Shown one piece after another: positions 7,848 through 18,663 of a stretch of 64,000 bases of DNA (positions within the stretch are counted from its first letter, which is position 1; each line of letters opens with the position of its first letter). Where the stretch lies: positions 52,701-116,700 of the IMG/VR virus record IMGVR_UViG_3300010213_000001. The stretch is one strand, 5' to 3'. The notes below the pieces were generated by a model. The model did no database searches and had not been told where the DNA came from. It saw nothing but the letters and a program-made list of their open reading frames with translations. A program made the translations under genes and the position numbers. The stretch comes from a virus. Lineage: Duplodnaviria > Heunggongvirae > Uroviricota > Caudoviricetes.

Positions 7848-9719
7848 ATGGACAATACATTTGAAGATATAAGTTTGGAACAATATGATGAAATAGACGC
7901 AACATCTATTTATCAAGAAGGTGGAACTTTTGAAGTACCATCTTTCCAGCCTGTTGTACGGCAGTTTAACCCTGTACAAATGAGGTTTAATGCTCAAGAA
8001 TCAGATTTCATAAAGAGTCCTGGTATACCTCAAATACCAGATATAGACTATGATGGGTTAGATAAACTACAAGGTAAGGGGCATACAAATGATGTAAATA
8101 ATTACATAAACTCTAAAAAGCAAGCACAATACGAGCTGCAAAGTTTAGTTACCAAGTATGGATACGAAGCCACTAAGCTGCCTATATTTGGAGAGATGAT
8201 AAATAGAATGAAAGTTGATCCCGCAGAGCTTAATGAATTAATAGTTAGAAAAGAGATGTCTAAGGAGTTTGCTGATATTAATAAAGCTAATGGAGGGGAA
8301 AACGAATGGGTAACTGATGCTAATGGTAGTATACTAGTACAAAACAGTGAAGGAAATTATGAATATGTAGATCCCTATGTATTAATGACGTCCAAAGATA
8401 AAGTTCCTATAACAAGTTCAGATGCAATACAAAGAAATGATAGAGATAATAAACTAACTAGAAATCAAGATATTATGCCTGCTGTTGCCCAAGTTTGGGG
8501 CGGGGATAAAGCTCTAGATCATCTTAATTCACAATTAGATAAGATAGGATCTACAGAGCGTCAAAGAGCTAGTGAAGCCATAGCTGGATTAGGTAATTTA
8601 AATGGTTCAAATGTATTTGGTAAAGCTGGATCAGATAGAACACTATCATCAAATGAAAAGCAAGTAATAGATTTGTATCAGTCATTAATGAGAACCATGG
8701 ATACAGCAGCTAAAAATTACTTTAGAAATAAGGCTATACAATCTATAGGTAAAGTTGATTTAGATAGAGAAACATATGAGAGAGCAGTTAATGAAGCCAC
8801 TGGCAAGCTAGTATTATCTTACGTTAGTAAAGTTCTAGACACTAAAGACATATCTAAAAATACAGTTGATATTGATGCTACTCTAACTAAAGGAATTAAA
8901 GGCGGAGCAGGTTGGGAAATGCCAGATGAAGCTGAGTGGCTAATGTCTACAGCTCAAGGATACTATATGCGAGAAGTAGATGGTAAACTAGTTGTAGATG
9001 ATGGTTGGGATAAATCTAATATTTATAATTATGATCCTGAAACTGGTCAAATGATGCAGACAGACGCTTATTTTTATACTGATTTAGGACAAGAAGAAAA
9101 AGAAAGAGTTCAGCAGCCTATTGGTACTTCATTAGAAGGAACAAGAGTACAATTTAATTCTGGAATACCAGTAACATTAAAAGGCGGTATTCAAGCTGGA
9201 GCTAATCCTCAATTGATAGGATTTATAGATAAAGATGGTAGACATCAACTTAAAGTAAAGACAGCTGGAGTTTTCAAAGCTAGTGAACTAGAAGGTCAGA
9301 CTATAATGGTTTATAATAAAGAAAAGAGAAAGTTCGAGAGTCAACCTATTGTACAAGATGGAGAGATAACTGATGCGGCAAAGCAATTATTAAAGGCTAA
9401 AGAAGTAGTAGGAGCAGGAATGTTTTTTGGAAATAGTAGAGATGAGGGTATTGAGACCCTTGTAGCAAATGGATTCAGTAAAGAAGAGGCGGAAGCAATA
9501 GTAGCTCCCACTGATAAATGGGGACCAAGTGATGAAGGTATGTATGTGATACCATTTATGGATGACTATACAACAACTCAAGCACATCAGAGAAATCATG
9601 GAAAGGTAGCAAATAGAAAACAATTGTCATTGGAGAATAGAATAAAAGTTAGTGGTGCTCAAGAAGCACAGCAAGCTGAAAATCAAATTAGAGAAATGAG
9701 TATCCGTCTAGGATTATAA
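7848..9719 (+). CDS. Virion cargo/ejection protein
   Basis: 623 aa, Cys-free, N-terminal YQEGG motif. Sits immediately before the giant proteins, as in crAss-like genomes. Confidence 0.6.
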   Translation: MDNTFEDISLEQYDEIDATSIYQEGGTFEVPSFQPVVRQFNPVQMRFNAQESDFIKSPGIPQIPDIDYDGLDKLQGKGHTNDVNNYINSKKQAQYELQSLVTKYGYEATKLPIFGEMINRMKVDPAELNELIVRKEMSKEFADINKANGGENEWVTDANGSILVQNSEGNYEYVDPYVLMTSKDKVPITSSDAIQRNDRDNKLTRNQDIMPAVAQVWGGDKALDHLNSQLDKIGSTERQRASEAIAGLGNLNGSNVFGKAGSDRTLSSNEKQVIDLYQSLMRTMDTAAKNYFRNKAIQSIGKVDLDRETYERAVNEATGKLVLSYVSKVLDTKDISKNTVDIDATLTKGIKGGAGWEMPDEAEWLMSTAQGYYMREVDGKLVVDDGWDKSNIYNYDPETGQMMQTDAYFYTDLGQEEKERVQQPIGTSLEGTRVQFNSGIPVTLKGGIQAGANPQLIGFIDKDGRHQLKVKTAGVFKASELEGQTIMVYNKEKRKFESQPIVQDGEITDAAKQLLKAKEVVGAGMFFGNSRDEGIETLVANGFSKEEAEAIVAPTDKWGPSDEGMYVIPFMDDYTTTQAHQRNHGKVANRKQLSLENRIKVSGAQEAQQAENQIREMSIRLGL

Positions 9720-9734
9720 TATAAATAAAACATT

Positions 9735-12700
9735 ATGCCAGAACCTAAAAAACTTAATAGAGAGATAGACTTCAGTAAAGTTATTGAAGCTGGAATGCAA
9801 TCAGGTAGTACATTGTCACCTATACAATTAGCTGGGTTATTAGATTACGAAAAGACTAATTTTGGAAGTGCGACTACTTTTAAGTTAAATGAAGATAATT
9901 TAAGTCAGTATACTCCTGAAGTAAAGAATAAAATAAAAGACTTATATACTCAAACACAAGCAGTGTATGGAGCATATAAACAAGCTGGAGCATTTCCAAT
10001 AAAAGCACCTAGATTTGGTAAAAATAAGGTAATGGAGCTATTCTATCCAAATATGGAATACTCTAAAGGTATAAAGTATGATGCTCCAGATTTAGAGTTC
10101 TACTGGAATGGTAGTATGGTTCCTTCTAGAAATATGACTAGTCAAGAGATTAGAGATATAGCACCATTCTATTTAGATACTAAGGCAAATGAAATAAAGT
10201 CTCTAGATAAAACTAAATTAGAGCAATTTTCTGATGGTTGGAGTTTCTCTAATATTGGACAAAGTTTTATCAATGATCCTTTAAAAGCTATTAAAACAGG
10301 ATTAGGCATTGAATTACCAAATGTAAATGACAGTATTGCAGATCTTGGGTTTTCTACTAATCCTAAACTAGCTGTAGCTAATTATGGTGATATTGCTAAG
10401 CTTAATACAGAAGAAGGTAAAGCAGCTGCACAAATGTTAGCTTTAGGTATTGTTAATCCTAGAACAGAGTATAAGAAGAAAGCTGATGATGGTGCTGAAT
10501 ATTATTTATGGAAGACATTAGATGAAACACATGATAGTTTCCAGGAAGAAGTTAGAAGTGTGTGGGGTCCTAAGACTATGTACCACAATAACTACTTTTC
10601 AGAAGGATTAGAGGCTGCTAATGACTTTTTAATGAATAGTTTAGATGGAGCTAATTTTATATTTAACTATGCTCCAAAGAAGATTATAGGAGGATTAGGA
10701 TCCAGATATTTATTTGATGGCACATTTGATAAGCAAATAGAGAAGGAATATAATGCTTATAATGCTTGGTCATCTTCTAGGAAATCTCAAGCATCTGAAG
10801 AAGATGCTGAATCTTGGACGTCTAATCCTATTAATTTTACTAAAGGTATAATAGATGGAGCTGCTCAACTAGCATTGACATTAGCAACAGGAGGGCTTGG
10901 AAAAGGGCTAGTATGGGGAATGGGTAAAGCATCAGCTTCATTAAGTGCTAATAACTTATTAAAGTTGTCTGCCAGACGAGCTCAGAACTTGGTTACTGTT
11001 CCAGCTACAGCTTATGGATATTCTTATGCTGCCTCCGCAGCCAATAAGGAGGCTCGTCAAGCAGGAATAAACCCTGAAGCAGCTATGATTATGTCTGGAA
11101 TAGCAGCAGCAGCTATAGCTGGTTCAGAGCGATTAACTGGTGGTAATTGGGTAAAGAAGTTATTAGGTAAAGATATAGCTCAAGGATATGGATCTAAAAT
11201 AGCTAAGGAACTAACAACAGAAGTTATGAGAGCTAATAGATTAAATAATACTAGCTTGATAACATCTGATGTATTAAACTCTGAAGCATCCAAAGGAGCG
11301 ATTAAGAAAGTTTTAGGTGCAGCATATGATTATATATCAAAAGATGCAGAGACTAGAACAGGAGCGTTATTACAAGGATTCCTAAAGGAAGGTGTTCAAG
11401 AGTTAACTGAAGATAGTATAAATAAGCTTAGTCAAGCAGGTTTTAATCTAGTTGGAGACATTACAAAGAAAGTTGGACTTGATTGGATAAATGATAAAGA
11501 AAGATATAAGATAGAAACTAATAATCTATTTGAAGACTTATTAGGTTCATTTGTTATTGGTGGTATTGTAGGAGGTGGAGCAGGTGCTATGCTTCATTCT
11601 AAACCTAAGGTCGATGAGCAATTAGAAAATAATAGATCATATTGGTTAGTTGACTTAGCACTAAAAGGAGAGAAAGAACAAGCTAGATTCTTTGAAGAGT
11701 TAGAGGATATGAAAAAGAACGAGCTTTTAGGTATAGCTGACTTATCTGCAGAGGTTGATAAAGATAGTAAAAATGGATTAGTTAGAAAGCTATTAGGCAA
11801 TAAGGCGACAAGAAAGACATCAGATTTAGAGATAGATGACAATGAATTTAATTATAATTTATTTAAGGCTAAAGCAGAGTTTGTGTTTGGTGAAACAGCT
11901 AGAGTTAGTAAGTTATTAGAAGATTCTATTGGAGAGCCTATAGATAGAGCTAATAAGAAAACTGCTGGATTAATTTCTGATATATTAGGATTAAGTCAAG
12001 AACCAACTTCAAATGAAGGTATGTTCTCTATTAAATCTTTATTACCAGAATACAACACTAATGTAGTAACTATAAAAGACTCAGAAGGTAATCTAGTAGG
12101 TATAAGTCAAGAGAGATATGATGAGATTACTCAGGGAAAGTCTATTGAAGAGATTAATAAAAACTTTAAGATCTTAACTCCATTAGAAAGAGCTCAAGAG
12201 GAGGCTAGAATACTAACAACATCGCTTAATCAAGCAATACATTCAGAGAGTATTTTTGTTAAATCTCAATTAGAGAAAACAAATAATAGAATAGCTCACT
12301 TACTACAAACTAAAGAGAATAATGCCGACAGTAAACTAGCTGCCATTAACCCTGATAATATCATATCATACAATGGTAATATGAAGGCTATTAAACGGGA
12401 AGATAGTAATGAAATAGATAACACTGAAGCATATTTTGATAAAGAAGTAAAATTAGAATTCTCAGAAGCTCAAAAGAAATTAAGAAATTTAGAAGAAGAT
12501 AAAGATATAAGAAAATCAATTAATTCTATTAAAGATCTAGAGAAACAGTTAGAAGAGTTAGAGTTTAGATCTAAGAGAGAACCAGAACTAAGAGAGTTTC
12601 TAGATAAACAAAAAGAAGACAAGTTAAAAGAAATCGAAGTTGCAGAAACTCAATTACATGAACAAATAGAGCAGAAGGGATTAGTATCTAGTGCTAAAAT

Positions 12701-15700
12701 AAAAGACTTAGTATCTTTATTAAGAACAAAAGATACTTACAATAATTATTTAACAAATAACTTAACTACTAGACTAAATTACTTTAAAACTAAATCTATT
12801 ATTAATGCGGCTGCTTTTAATAAATTAGGTAATTTAATTAGTAAAGCTGCTGAGAATGGAGTATCTAAGAGAATTTTATCTCCTTACACAAAAGAAGAAA
12901 AAGATAGAAGAAAGAGATATTATGTTAATAGAATTAAGTCCGAAGAGCAAGCAGCTAAAAAGCTAAATGAAGAACAGAAGTTAAAATCTACGGAGTTAGC
13001 AAAGAAGATAACTGAATCTAAAGAAGGCTTCACAGAATCTATTGCAGAAGAACTAATTAAATATTTTGAAGAAAATCCTTTAGCTGGTAGAACTCAGGAA
13101 CTATCAGACTTACTTATTGAAAATGTAACAGATATTTCAGCAGAAATATCAAAGTTATTTCAGGGTATTAGCCAATATGCTGTTGATGAAGCATTCTTAA
13201 TACAGTTAGATGGTCAAACAACTGTGCCTGGTATATTAAACTCATTAGAAAAGCAGGCACTAGCTTATAAAGAGTATAATGATACATCTGAAGTAATAGA
13301 AGCTGCATCTACATCTTTTAGATTACTATCAGATTTATTAAATAATCTAAATAATAAAAATATATCTTCTAAACTATTAGAAATTAAGAAAGCTTTAGGA
13401 ACAACTGAAGTATTTCCTTTAATTCAAGAACTTATAACTTTAGTTGAGACAGAAGTAGAAAATGTAGAAGAGTTATTGAAAAAGAGCAAGTTTGATACAG
13501 ATACTAACTTTCCAACCCCAACTATTTATGAAGCTTATACAGAAGTAGATATATCAAACAGTATAGAAGAATTTATACAAGATATAATTAGAAGTCATAG
13601 TGACAACACTATATATAAAAACATAATAGAAGATTTTAAGTCTACTAGTGATAATCCTAAAGCATCCAGAATAAATTTTGTTAATAGATTTAATAATAAG
13701 CTACAAGGCATCCTAAAAAGAGATATCCTTGGTGATGTTACTCAAGAAAAAGAAGAGGATCTAGAGAAAGAGTTTTACTTAAATGATCATTCTATTCTAA
13801 TAGATAACAGAAATATAGCTATTCCTACAGAAATAGAAAATAATCTTAGATCATATTTATTAGATGAATGGGATGAGATAGATGTCAATAAATTAACTGA
13901 GAATGTTAAGAAGTTGTACGAGCCATTACTTTCTATAGTACTAGATCATTATGTTGATAAAGTCAATGGTAATACATTACCAAGCTCTATATTTAATGAA
14001 GATTCTAGTATTGATAGATTATTACTAGATAGATTAACTTCAAGAGTAGATGAAGAAGGTAGATTAGAACTAGAAAAAATCTCACGAGTGTATCAAGAAT
14101 TAGTAATGTATAATGCTTCAAAAGTAGAAGGGTATACAGACATGAAGTTGGAAGATTTCAGTGCCTTCTCTAGAGCTGTGTTAAGTATATTAACTGGAGA
14201 GCAAGTTATAGAAAAGGTAGGACTAAAACTAAAGTCAAGACTTGTACAAGATACTGAATATAGAGCTAAGTATCTAGATTACTATTCTAAATTACTAAAA
14301 GAAATAAATAGCTTGTTAGATGAAGACGATGAGACAAACACATTATTAGATACACTATCAAATAATATAATTGACCTAGAAACAGAATTAGGAATAAAGT
14401 TAAATGAAGATCTTCCTACTGAAGAAGGTAAATCTAAAGAAGTAGATTCAGCAATTAATGTGTTGTTATCAGATTTAAAAACTATAGAACTACAAGTTAG
14501 TAATAGGATTAATAAATTACCAATAGGTGAATTAAATACATTAATTAGAAAGGTTACTGAAGATTATTCAGCAGAAGCAATAACCAATTTATATAAAACT
14601 GAGAATGGTGAGATTGAATCTCCACTAATGCCTAGAACTAAGTTATCTACAGAAGAATTAGAAGCTAAGATTAATTTCTTACAAGCATTATATACAAATA
14701 AGCTAGATAAGTTTTATACAGCACTCCACGATACTGTCAAACTAACTAACTTTAATGAGGATTTTATTAGTACATTTGAACAGCAACAAGTAACTAAAGG
14801 ATTGTATTCATTATACTCTAATAACAAGAGAAACGCTTTTCATAAAGAACTATCAGCAATTATAAATGAAGCTAATATTAGCAAGAAGTCTGTTTTTTAT
14901 AATGATCAAGGAATACAAAGAAATGTCAAATCTAATAAAGATAGAATTAGAGCATTATCAAATATGATGATGGTAAGAGGATACGCTGGAGTTGGTAAGA
15001 CTACCTTTGTTATAAAAGAAATTATGAAGATTTTGAGTCAGTTGGAAGACTATAAAGGAAGAAAAGTTAGAATATTGGTATCAGCTCCTGGAGCTAGTCA
15101 ATTAGAAACTATAGGTAAATCTGTAGCTGAATTACAAGATTTCTTAAAACAGAATAACATAGATAATATAGAGATAAGTCTTAAGAATCTAGATTATATC
15201 AAGAGTACAGAAAATTTAAGTAGTTTGTATGATTCAATCATTATTGATGAAGCAACTTTAGTATCTAGACAAGATACTATGCATAATATTACTGGTAGCA
15301 TTAGCCTATTAGATAGATTAATTGAATTTGGTAAGCCAGTAATTTTAACTGGAGATGAAATTCAAAAAAGTAATGGTGACTTTGGATCTAGTCCTTGGAC
15401 TAGAGGGAATCCTTCAGCTGCTTTTTACATACCAAGGACAACATCTTTAGTTAATCCTATGAGAACAGGTAAGATAGACTCTTTTAACTTACAAAAGAAT
15501 CTTATATCCTCTATTGTAGAATTATCTAAATTAAATGAAATTTATATAAGAGATGGTGTGGATTATGTTGCGTCTAATAAGGATATTATAAAGTTATTAG
15601 GTAGTAAGCCAATAAAAGTTAGTAAATCAAACTTTGCTAATATTGCTGCTAGAATACTAATTAATACTCTTTATAAGCCCACAAATACTAGATTCAGTGT

Positions 15701-18653
15701 TAAATCTGGAGATATAGAAGAGGGTGTTAGAGTACTAAAGAATGGACTGAGTAACAGTGTCGCTTCTTATTTTAAGACACATATACAAAATGATCCTAAC
15801 AGTGGAGCTAGATTAATTGTTATAAATCCAGACCAAAAAGATAGTTCTGGAGAGGAGAAATTAAAAGAACAGATAAGAAAGCAGTTTGATCTACCAGCAA
15901 ATATGATATTAACAGCAACTGAAGCACAAGGTAAATCAATTGAACATGTTTATTTGTATACACCTGAGAGTATAGATATGGATTCTTCTACACTACTAAT
16001 GTTCTTAAAAGATCTCTTTGTTGGTATTAGTAGAGAGAAGAAGTCCGTAACATTATCATTGCCTAGTATAACTGGAGTTGATAGTGCTATAACTAATGGA
16101 GTGAGTTCTATTTCTGTTGCCAATAATACTTTAATTAATAAGTTTACATCATCTTTAGGTGAAGATGGTAAGATAAATCAAGACTTACTAAATAGACAAA
16201 TATCTACTGTGAATCTACTAGAACTTTATACAAATAATATAAATAATATTAGTGATGATTCTTCTACTGAAGAAGTTGATACTCCTCTAAAACCTAACAA
16301 ACAAACTACTGATCAAGGAGAACCAGCGTTGGCTATAGATGTCTCTAAAGACAAAGTATATAATATAGACGATGCTCCAGACATTAAGATAAGCAAGTTA
16401 GAAGAAGAGATAGCTACACTAGAAAATGCTTTAACTAAAGCAACTGAAGCTAATAATCAAGAAATAATAGATAGGATAACTCCTATATTAAACAGCTTAG
16501 TACAGGATAAGTCAGACATAGAACGTGCACTTGAGTTGGCTCAGGCAGCTTCTGCAGAAAGTGTCAAATTATCTGATAGGGTGGAGCTTGGTATCAAATT
16601 AGTATGGTATTCTATAGATAAAGAAGGAAATAATATATATAGTGATATTATAGTAGAAAATATAAATAGAAACAATAACAGAGTGACTATTAGAGTCGTG
16701 GATACCGATTCTACAGTAGAATTAAATCTATCAAGTTTAGATAATACTATATCCAATGTTCCCGTTTTCCAGTTACCTGGAGAAATGTTACAAGTACAAC
16801 AGACAGTTACTATTAATTCTTCTCAATCAGTTGTTGAACCTACTACTAGTAAACCAGACAAGATAGATAAAGTGCAGGAGAAAGATGATATAGTTATTGG
16901 AACTGAAGTTCAGGTTTACAACACAAAAACACAAACTTATAAATCTAGTCATGTTGTTGAAGTATCAGCAAATAGTATAACTATAAAATTTAATAGTGGT
17001 ACAATTGCTAGAGTAAAAAGGAACAGTTTAAACAACAAGATTGGAAGTATTCCTCAATATAGAATAATTAAAGATGTAGAAGATGAGCAGGACTTGAATA
17101 GTAAGATAACTAATAAATTAACTTTCTCTCCTCTAACAATTGCTGAAGATCAAGAAGTAAGCAAGATTGTAGAGAATTTTAAACTATTCTTAGAAGACTT
17201 GTTTAACCAGAACAATCAATTAATTAGTCAAGACTTATTCTCTGATCTTACAGCTCTAGTAGGTTCTTTTGTATCGACATTAGATACTAAACTAAATCAG
17301 GCTATATCAGATGGTATCATTTACATGATATCTAAAAATAATTATATAGTATTGAATGGTAAGAAGGTTAGATATAATAGAACTCAAGTAGTTAATGACT
17401 TTACAAAAGTAGCGTATGATGTAGTCAGAGAGTACAGACAAAAGTATATAGATAGTAATGAAAATGTTGAAGCTGACTCAATTGTTGAATTGTTAGATCA
17501 TATTATAGGATCGATAGGATCAGTTAAAATAGCATTATCTAATAATATTAAAGCTAAAATAGATTTATTTAATTCCAAATCTGTAAATGTGAGTAAGTCC
17601 ACTAGAACTGTAATATCAGAAGAAACATCAAAAGCTGAAGATAGAAATGAGCAGGAGTTTAAGGAAATATTAATGTTGAATGGAATTTTAACTCCAGCAA
17701 TAGAAAAACAAATAGATAATTTTAGTAAGTATGTCTTAGGTGTAGATAGTGTAAAATACACAAAGGCAGATATACAAAATATAGCAGATACATCTATAGA
17801 AAAGCAGGGAAATAAGACTATACTCAATATAATTATATCTACTAGAGATATAACAGATAAGAGTGCTATTATGCCTTTAATTGCTTATAAATTAACTAAT
17901 AGTATTCCAGCTTTAGTAGATGAAGATCTTATGAATTACATTCATTTTAGGGGAGTTGGTAGAGTACCTAATAGTGTATTTTATAGCGACTCCAAAGTCA
18001 ATTTTGCGTCTATGTTTTATCCAGTAGTTACTAAGTTTTTTAGTGCTGTTGAAGCAGACAAATTAAGATTAAATAGTGCTATTAATTTAGCTGCAAATAA
18101 CTTACCAAAAAATAAACAAGAGCAGTTTAAAAGATTAGTGAGTGAAGATGTATTCTCAGATAGGATTATTCGTATCTTGTCACAAGAGCCTATGACATCT
18201 AAAGAGAAATTAGAATATAATAAACTATTGTTTTCTATCTTAAAACAAATATATAAAGATCCTAGAATAGCTGACGTTGCTAGAGGTTTTAAGTTAATCA
18301 ATGAAAATGGAGAATCTATATCCTTATTAGGAGAAATAACTAGAGTCTCTATTGAGACGATAACTATGGGTAAGAAAGGAGTAATAGATAACTTACAAAG
18401 TATAATAAATACTATAACTGAATTAAGTGCATTAAGAATGGAACATGCTAATATACATAGTTCTGAAACAATAATTGTTGAAGAGCAAAACGAAACTACA
18501 GAAAATAAAATAGAGAATGAATTAGCTAATGATTTTGAATTAAATGAGTTAGTGATAAAGGAGGAGTCTATGATAGATTTAATCAATACTATATCTACAG
18601 CATTAGATACTGATATACCTTTAGATATTCAATTCTTTAAAAACTGTTTATAA
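9735..18653 (+). CDS. Giant ejected virion protein with membrane-channel-like N-terminus and SF1 helicase domain
   Basis: G/A-rich hydrophobic segments and EGVQELTED at aa ~370-620. SF1 motifs: GYAGVGKT (14979), IIIDEA, LTGDEIQ, MRTG, TATEAQGKS, FVGISRE. Two SH3/Tudor-like repeats; sole Cys at the C-terminus. Confidence 0.75.
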   Translation: MPEPKKLNREIDFSKVIEAGMQSGSTLSPIQLAGLLDYEKTNFGSATTFKLNEDNLSQYTPEVKNKIKDLYTQTQAVYGAYKQAGAFPIKAPRFGKNKVMELFYPNMEYSKGIKYDAPDLEFYWNGSMVPSRNMTSQEIRDIAPFYLDTKANEIKSLDKTKLEQFSDGWSFSNIGQSFINDPLKAIKTGLGIELPNVNDSIADLGFSTNPKLAVANYGDIAKLNTEEGKAAAQMLALGIVNPRTEYKKKADDGAEYYLWKTLDETHDSFQEEVRSVWGPKTMYHNNYFSEGLEAANDFLMNSLDGANFIFNYAPKKIIGGLGSRYLFDGTFDKQIEKEYNAYNAWSSSRKSQASEEDAESWTSNPINFTKGIIDGAAQLALTLATGGLGKGLVWGMGKASASLSANNLLKLSARRAQNLVTVPATAYGYSYAASAANKEARQAGINPEAAMIMSGIAAAAIAGSERLTGGNWVKKLLGKDIAQGYGSKIAKELTTEVMRANRLNNTSLITSDVLNSEASKGAIKKVLGAAYDYISKDAETRTGALLQGFLKEGVQELTEDSINKLSQAGFNLVGDITKKVGLDWINDKERYKIETNNLFEDLLGSFVIGGIVGGGAGAMLHSKPKVDEQLENNRSYWLVDLALKGEKEQARFFEELEDMKKNELLGIADLSAEVDKDSKNGLVRKLLGNKATRKTSDLEIDDNEFNYNLFKAKAEFVFGETARVSKLLEDSIGEPIDRANKKTAGLISDILGLSQEPTSNEGMFSIKSLLPEYNTNVVTIKDSEGNLVGISQERYDEITQGKSIEEINKNFKILTPLERAQEEARILTTSLNQAIHSESIFVKSQLEKTNNRIAHLLQTKENNADSKLAAINPDNIISYNGNMKAIKREDSNEIDNTEAYFDKEVKLEFSEAQKKLRNLEEDKDIRKSINSIKDLEKQLEELEFRSKREPELREFLDKQKEDKLKEIEVAETQLHEQIEQKGLVSSAKIKDLVSLLRTKDTYNNYLTNNLTTRLNYFKTKSIINAAAFNKLGNLISKAAENGVSKRILSPYTKEEKDRRKRYYVNRIKSEEQAAKKLNEEQKLKSTELAKKITESKEGFTESIAEELIKYFEENPLAGRTQELSDLLIENVTDISAEISKLFQGISQYAVDEAFLIQLDGQTTVPGILNSLEKQALAYKEYNDTSEVIEAASTSFRLLSDLLNNLNNKNISSKLLEIKKALGTTEVFPLIQELITLVETEVENVEELLKKSKFDTDTNFPTPTIYEAYTEVDISNSIEEFIQDIIRSHSDNTIYKNIIEDFKSTSDNPKASRINFVNRFNNKLQGILKRDILGDVTQEKEEDLEKEFYLNDHSILIDNRNIAIPTEIENNLRSYLLDEWDEIDVNKLTENVKKLYEPLLSIVLDHYVDKVNGNTLPSSIFNEDSSIDRLLLDRLTSRVDEEGRLELEKISRVYQELVMYNASKVEGYTDMKLEDFSAFSRAVLSILTGEQVIEKVGLKLKSRLVQDTEYRAKYLDYYSKLLKEINSLLDEDDETNTLLDTLSNNIIDLETELGIKLNEDLPTEEGKSKEVDSAINVLLSDLKTIELQVSNRINKLPIGELNTLIRKVTEDYSAEAITNLYKTENGEIESPLMPRTKLSTEELEAKINFLQALYTNKLDKFYTALHDTVKLTNFNEDFISTFEQQQVTKGLYSLYSNNKRNAFHKELSAIINEANISKKSVFYNDQGIQRNVKSNKDRIRALSNMMMVRGYAGVGKTTFVIKEIMKILSQLEDYKGRKVRILVSAPGASQLETIGKSVAELQDFLKQNNIDNIEISLKNLDYIKSTENLSSLYDSIIIDEATLVSRQDTMHNITGSISLLDRLIEFGKPVILTGDEIQKSNGDFGSSPWTRGNPSAAFYIPRTTSLVNPMRTGKIDSFNLQKNLISSIVELSKLNEIYIRDGVDYVASNKDIIKLLGSKPIKVSKSNFANIAARILINTLYKPTNTRFSVKSGDIEEGVRVLKNGLSNSVASYFKTHIQNDPNSGARLIVINPDQKDSSGEEKLKEQIRKQFDLPANMILTATEAQGKSIEHVYLYTPESIDMDSSTLLMFLKDLFVGISREKKSVTLSLPSITGVDSAITNGVSSISVANNTLINKFTSSLGEDGKINQDLLNRQISTVNLLELYTNNINNISDDSSTEEVDTPLKPNKQTTDQGEPALAIDVSKDKVYNIDDAPDIKISKLEEEIATLENALTKATEANNQEIIDRITPILNSLVQDKSDIERALELAQAASAESVKLSDRVELGIKLVWYSIDKEGNNIYSDIIVENINRNNNRVTIRVVDTDSTVELNLSSLDNTISNVPVFQLPGEMLQVQQTVTINSSQSVVEPTTSKPDKIDKVQEKDDIVIGTEVQVYNTKTQTYKSSHVVEVSANSITIKFNSGTIARVKRNSLNNKIGSIPQYRIIKDVEDEQDLNSKITNKLTFSPLTIAEDQEVSKIVENFKLFLEDLFNQNNQLISQDLFSDLTALVGSFVSTLDTKLNQAISDGIIYMISKNNYIVLNGKKVRYNRTQVVNDFTKVAYDVVREYRQKYIDSNENVEADSIVELLDHIIGSIGSVKIALSNNIKAKIDLFNSKSVNVSKSTRTVISEETSKAEDRNEQEFKEILMLNGILTPAIEKQIDNFSKYVLGVDSVKYTKADIQNIADTSIEKQGNKTILNIIISTRDITDKSAIMPLIAYKLTNSIPALVDEDLMNYIHFRGVGRVPNSVFYSDSKVNFASMFYPVVTKFFSAVEADKLRLNSAINLAANNLPKNKQEQFKRLVSEDVFSDRIIRILSQEPMTSKEKLEYNKLLFSILKQIYKDPRIADVARGFKLINENGESISLLGEITRVSIETITMGKKGVIDNLQSIINTITELSALRMEHANIHSSETIIVEEQNETTENKIENELANDFELNELVIKEESMIDLINTISTALDTDIPLDIQFFKNCL

Positions 18654-18663
18654 TATAAATGAT

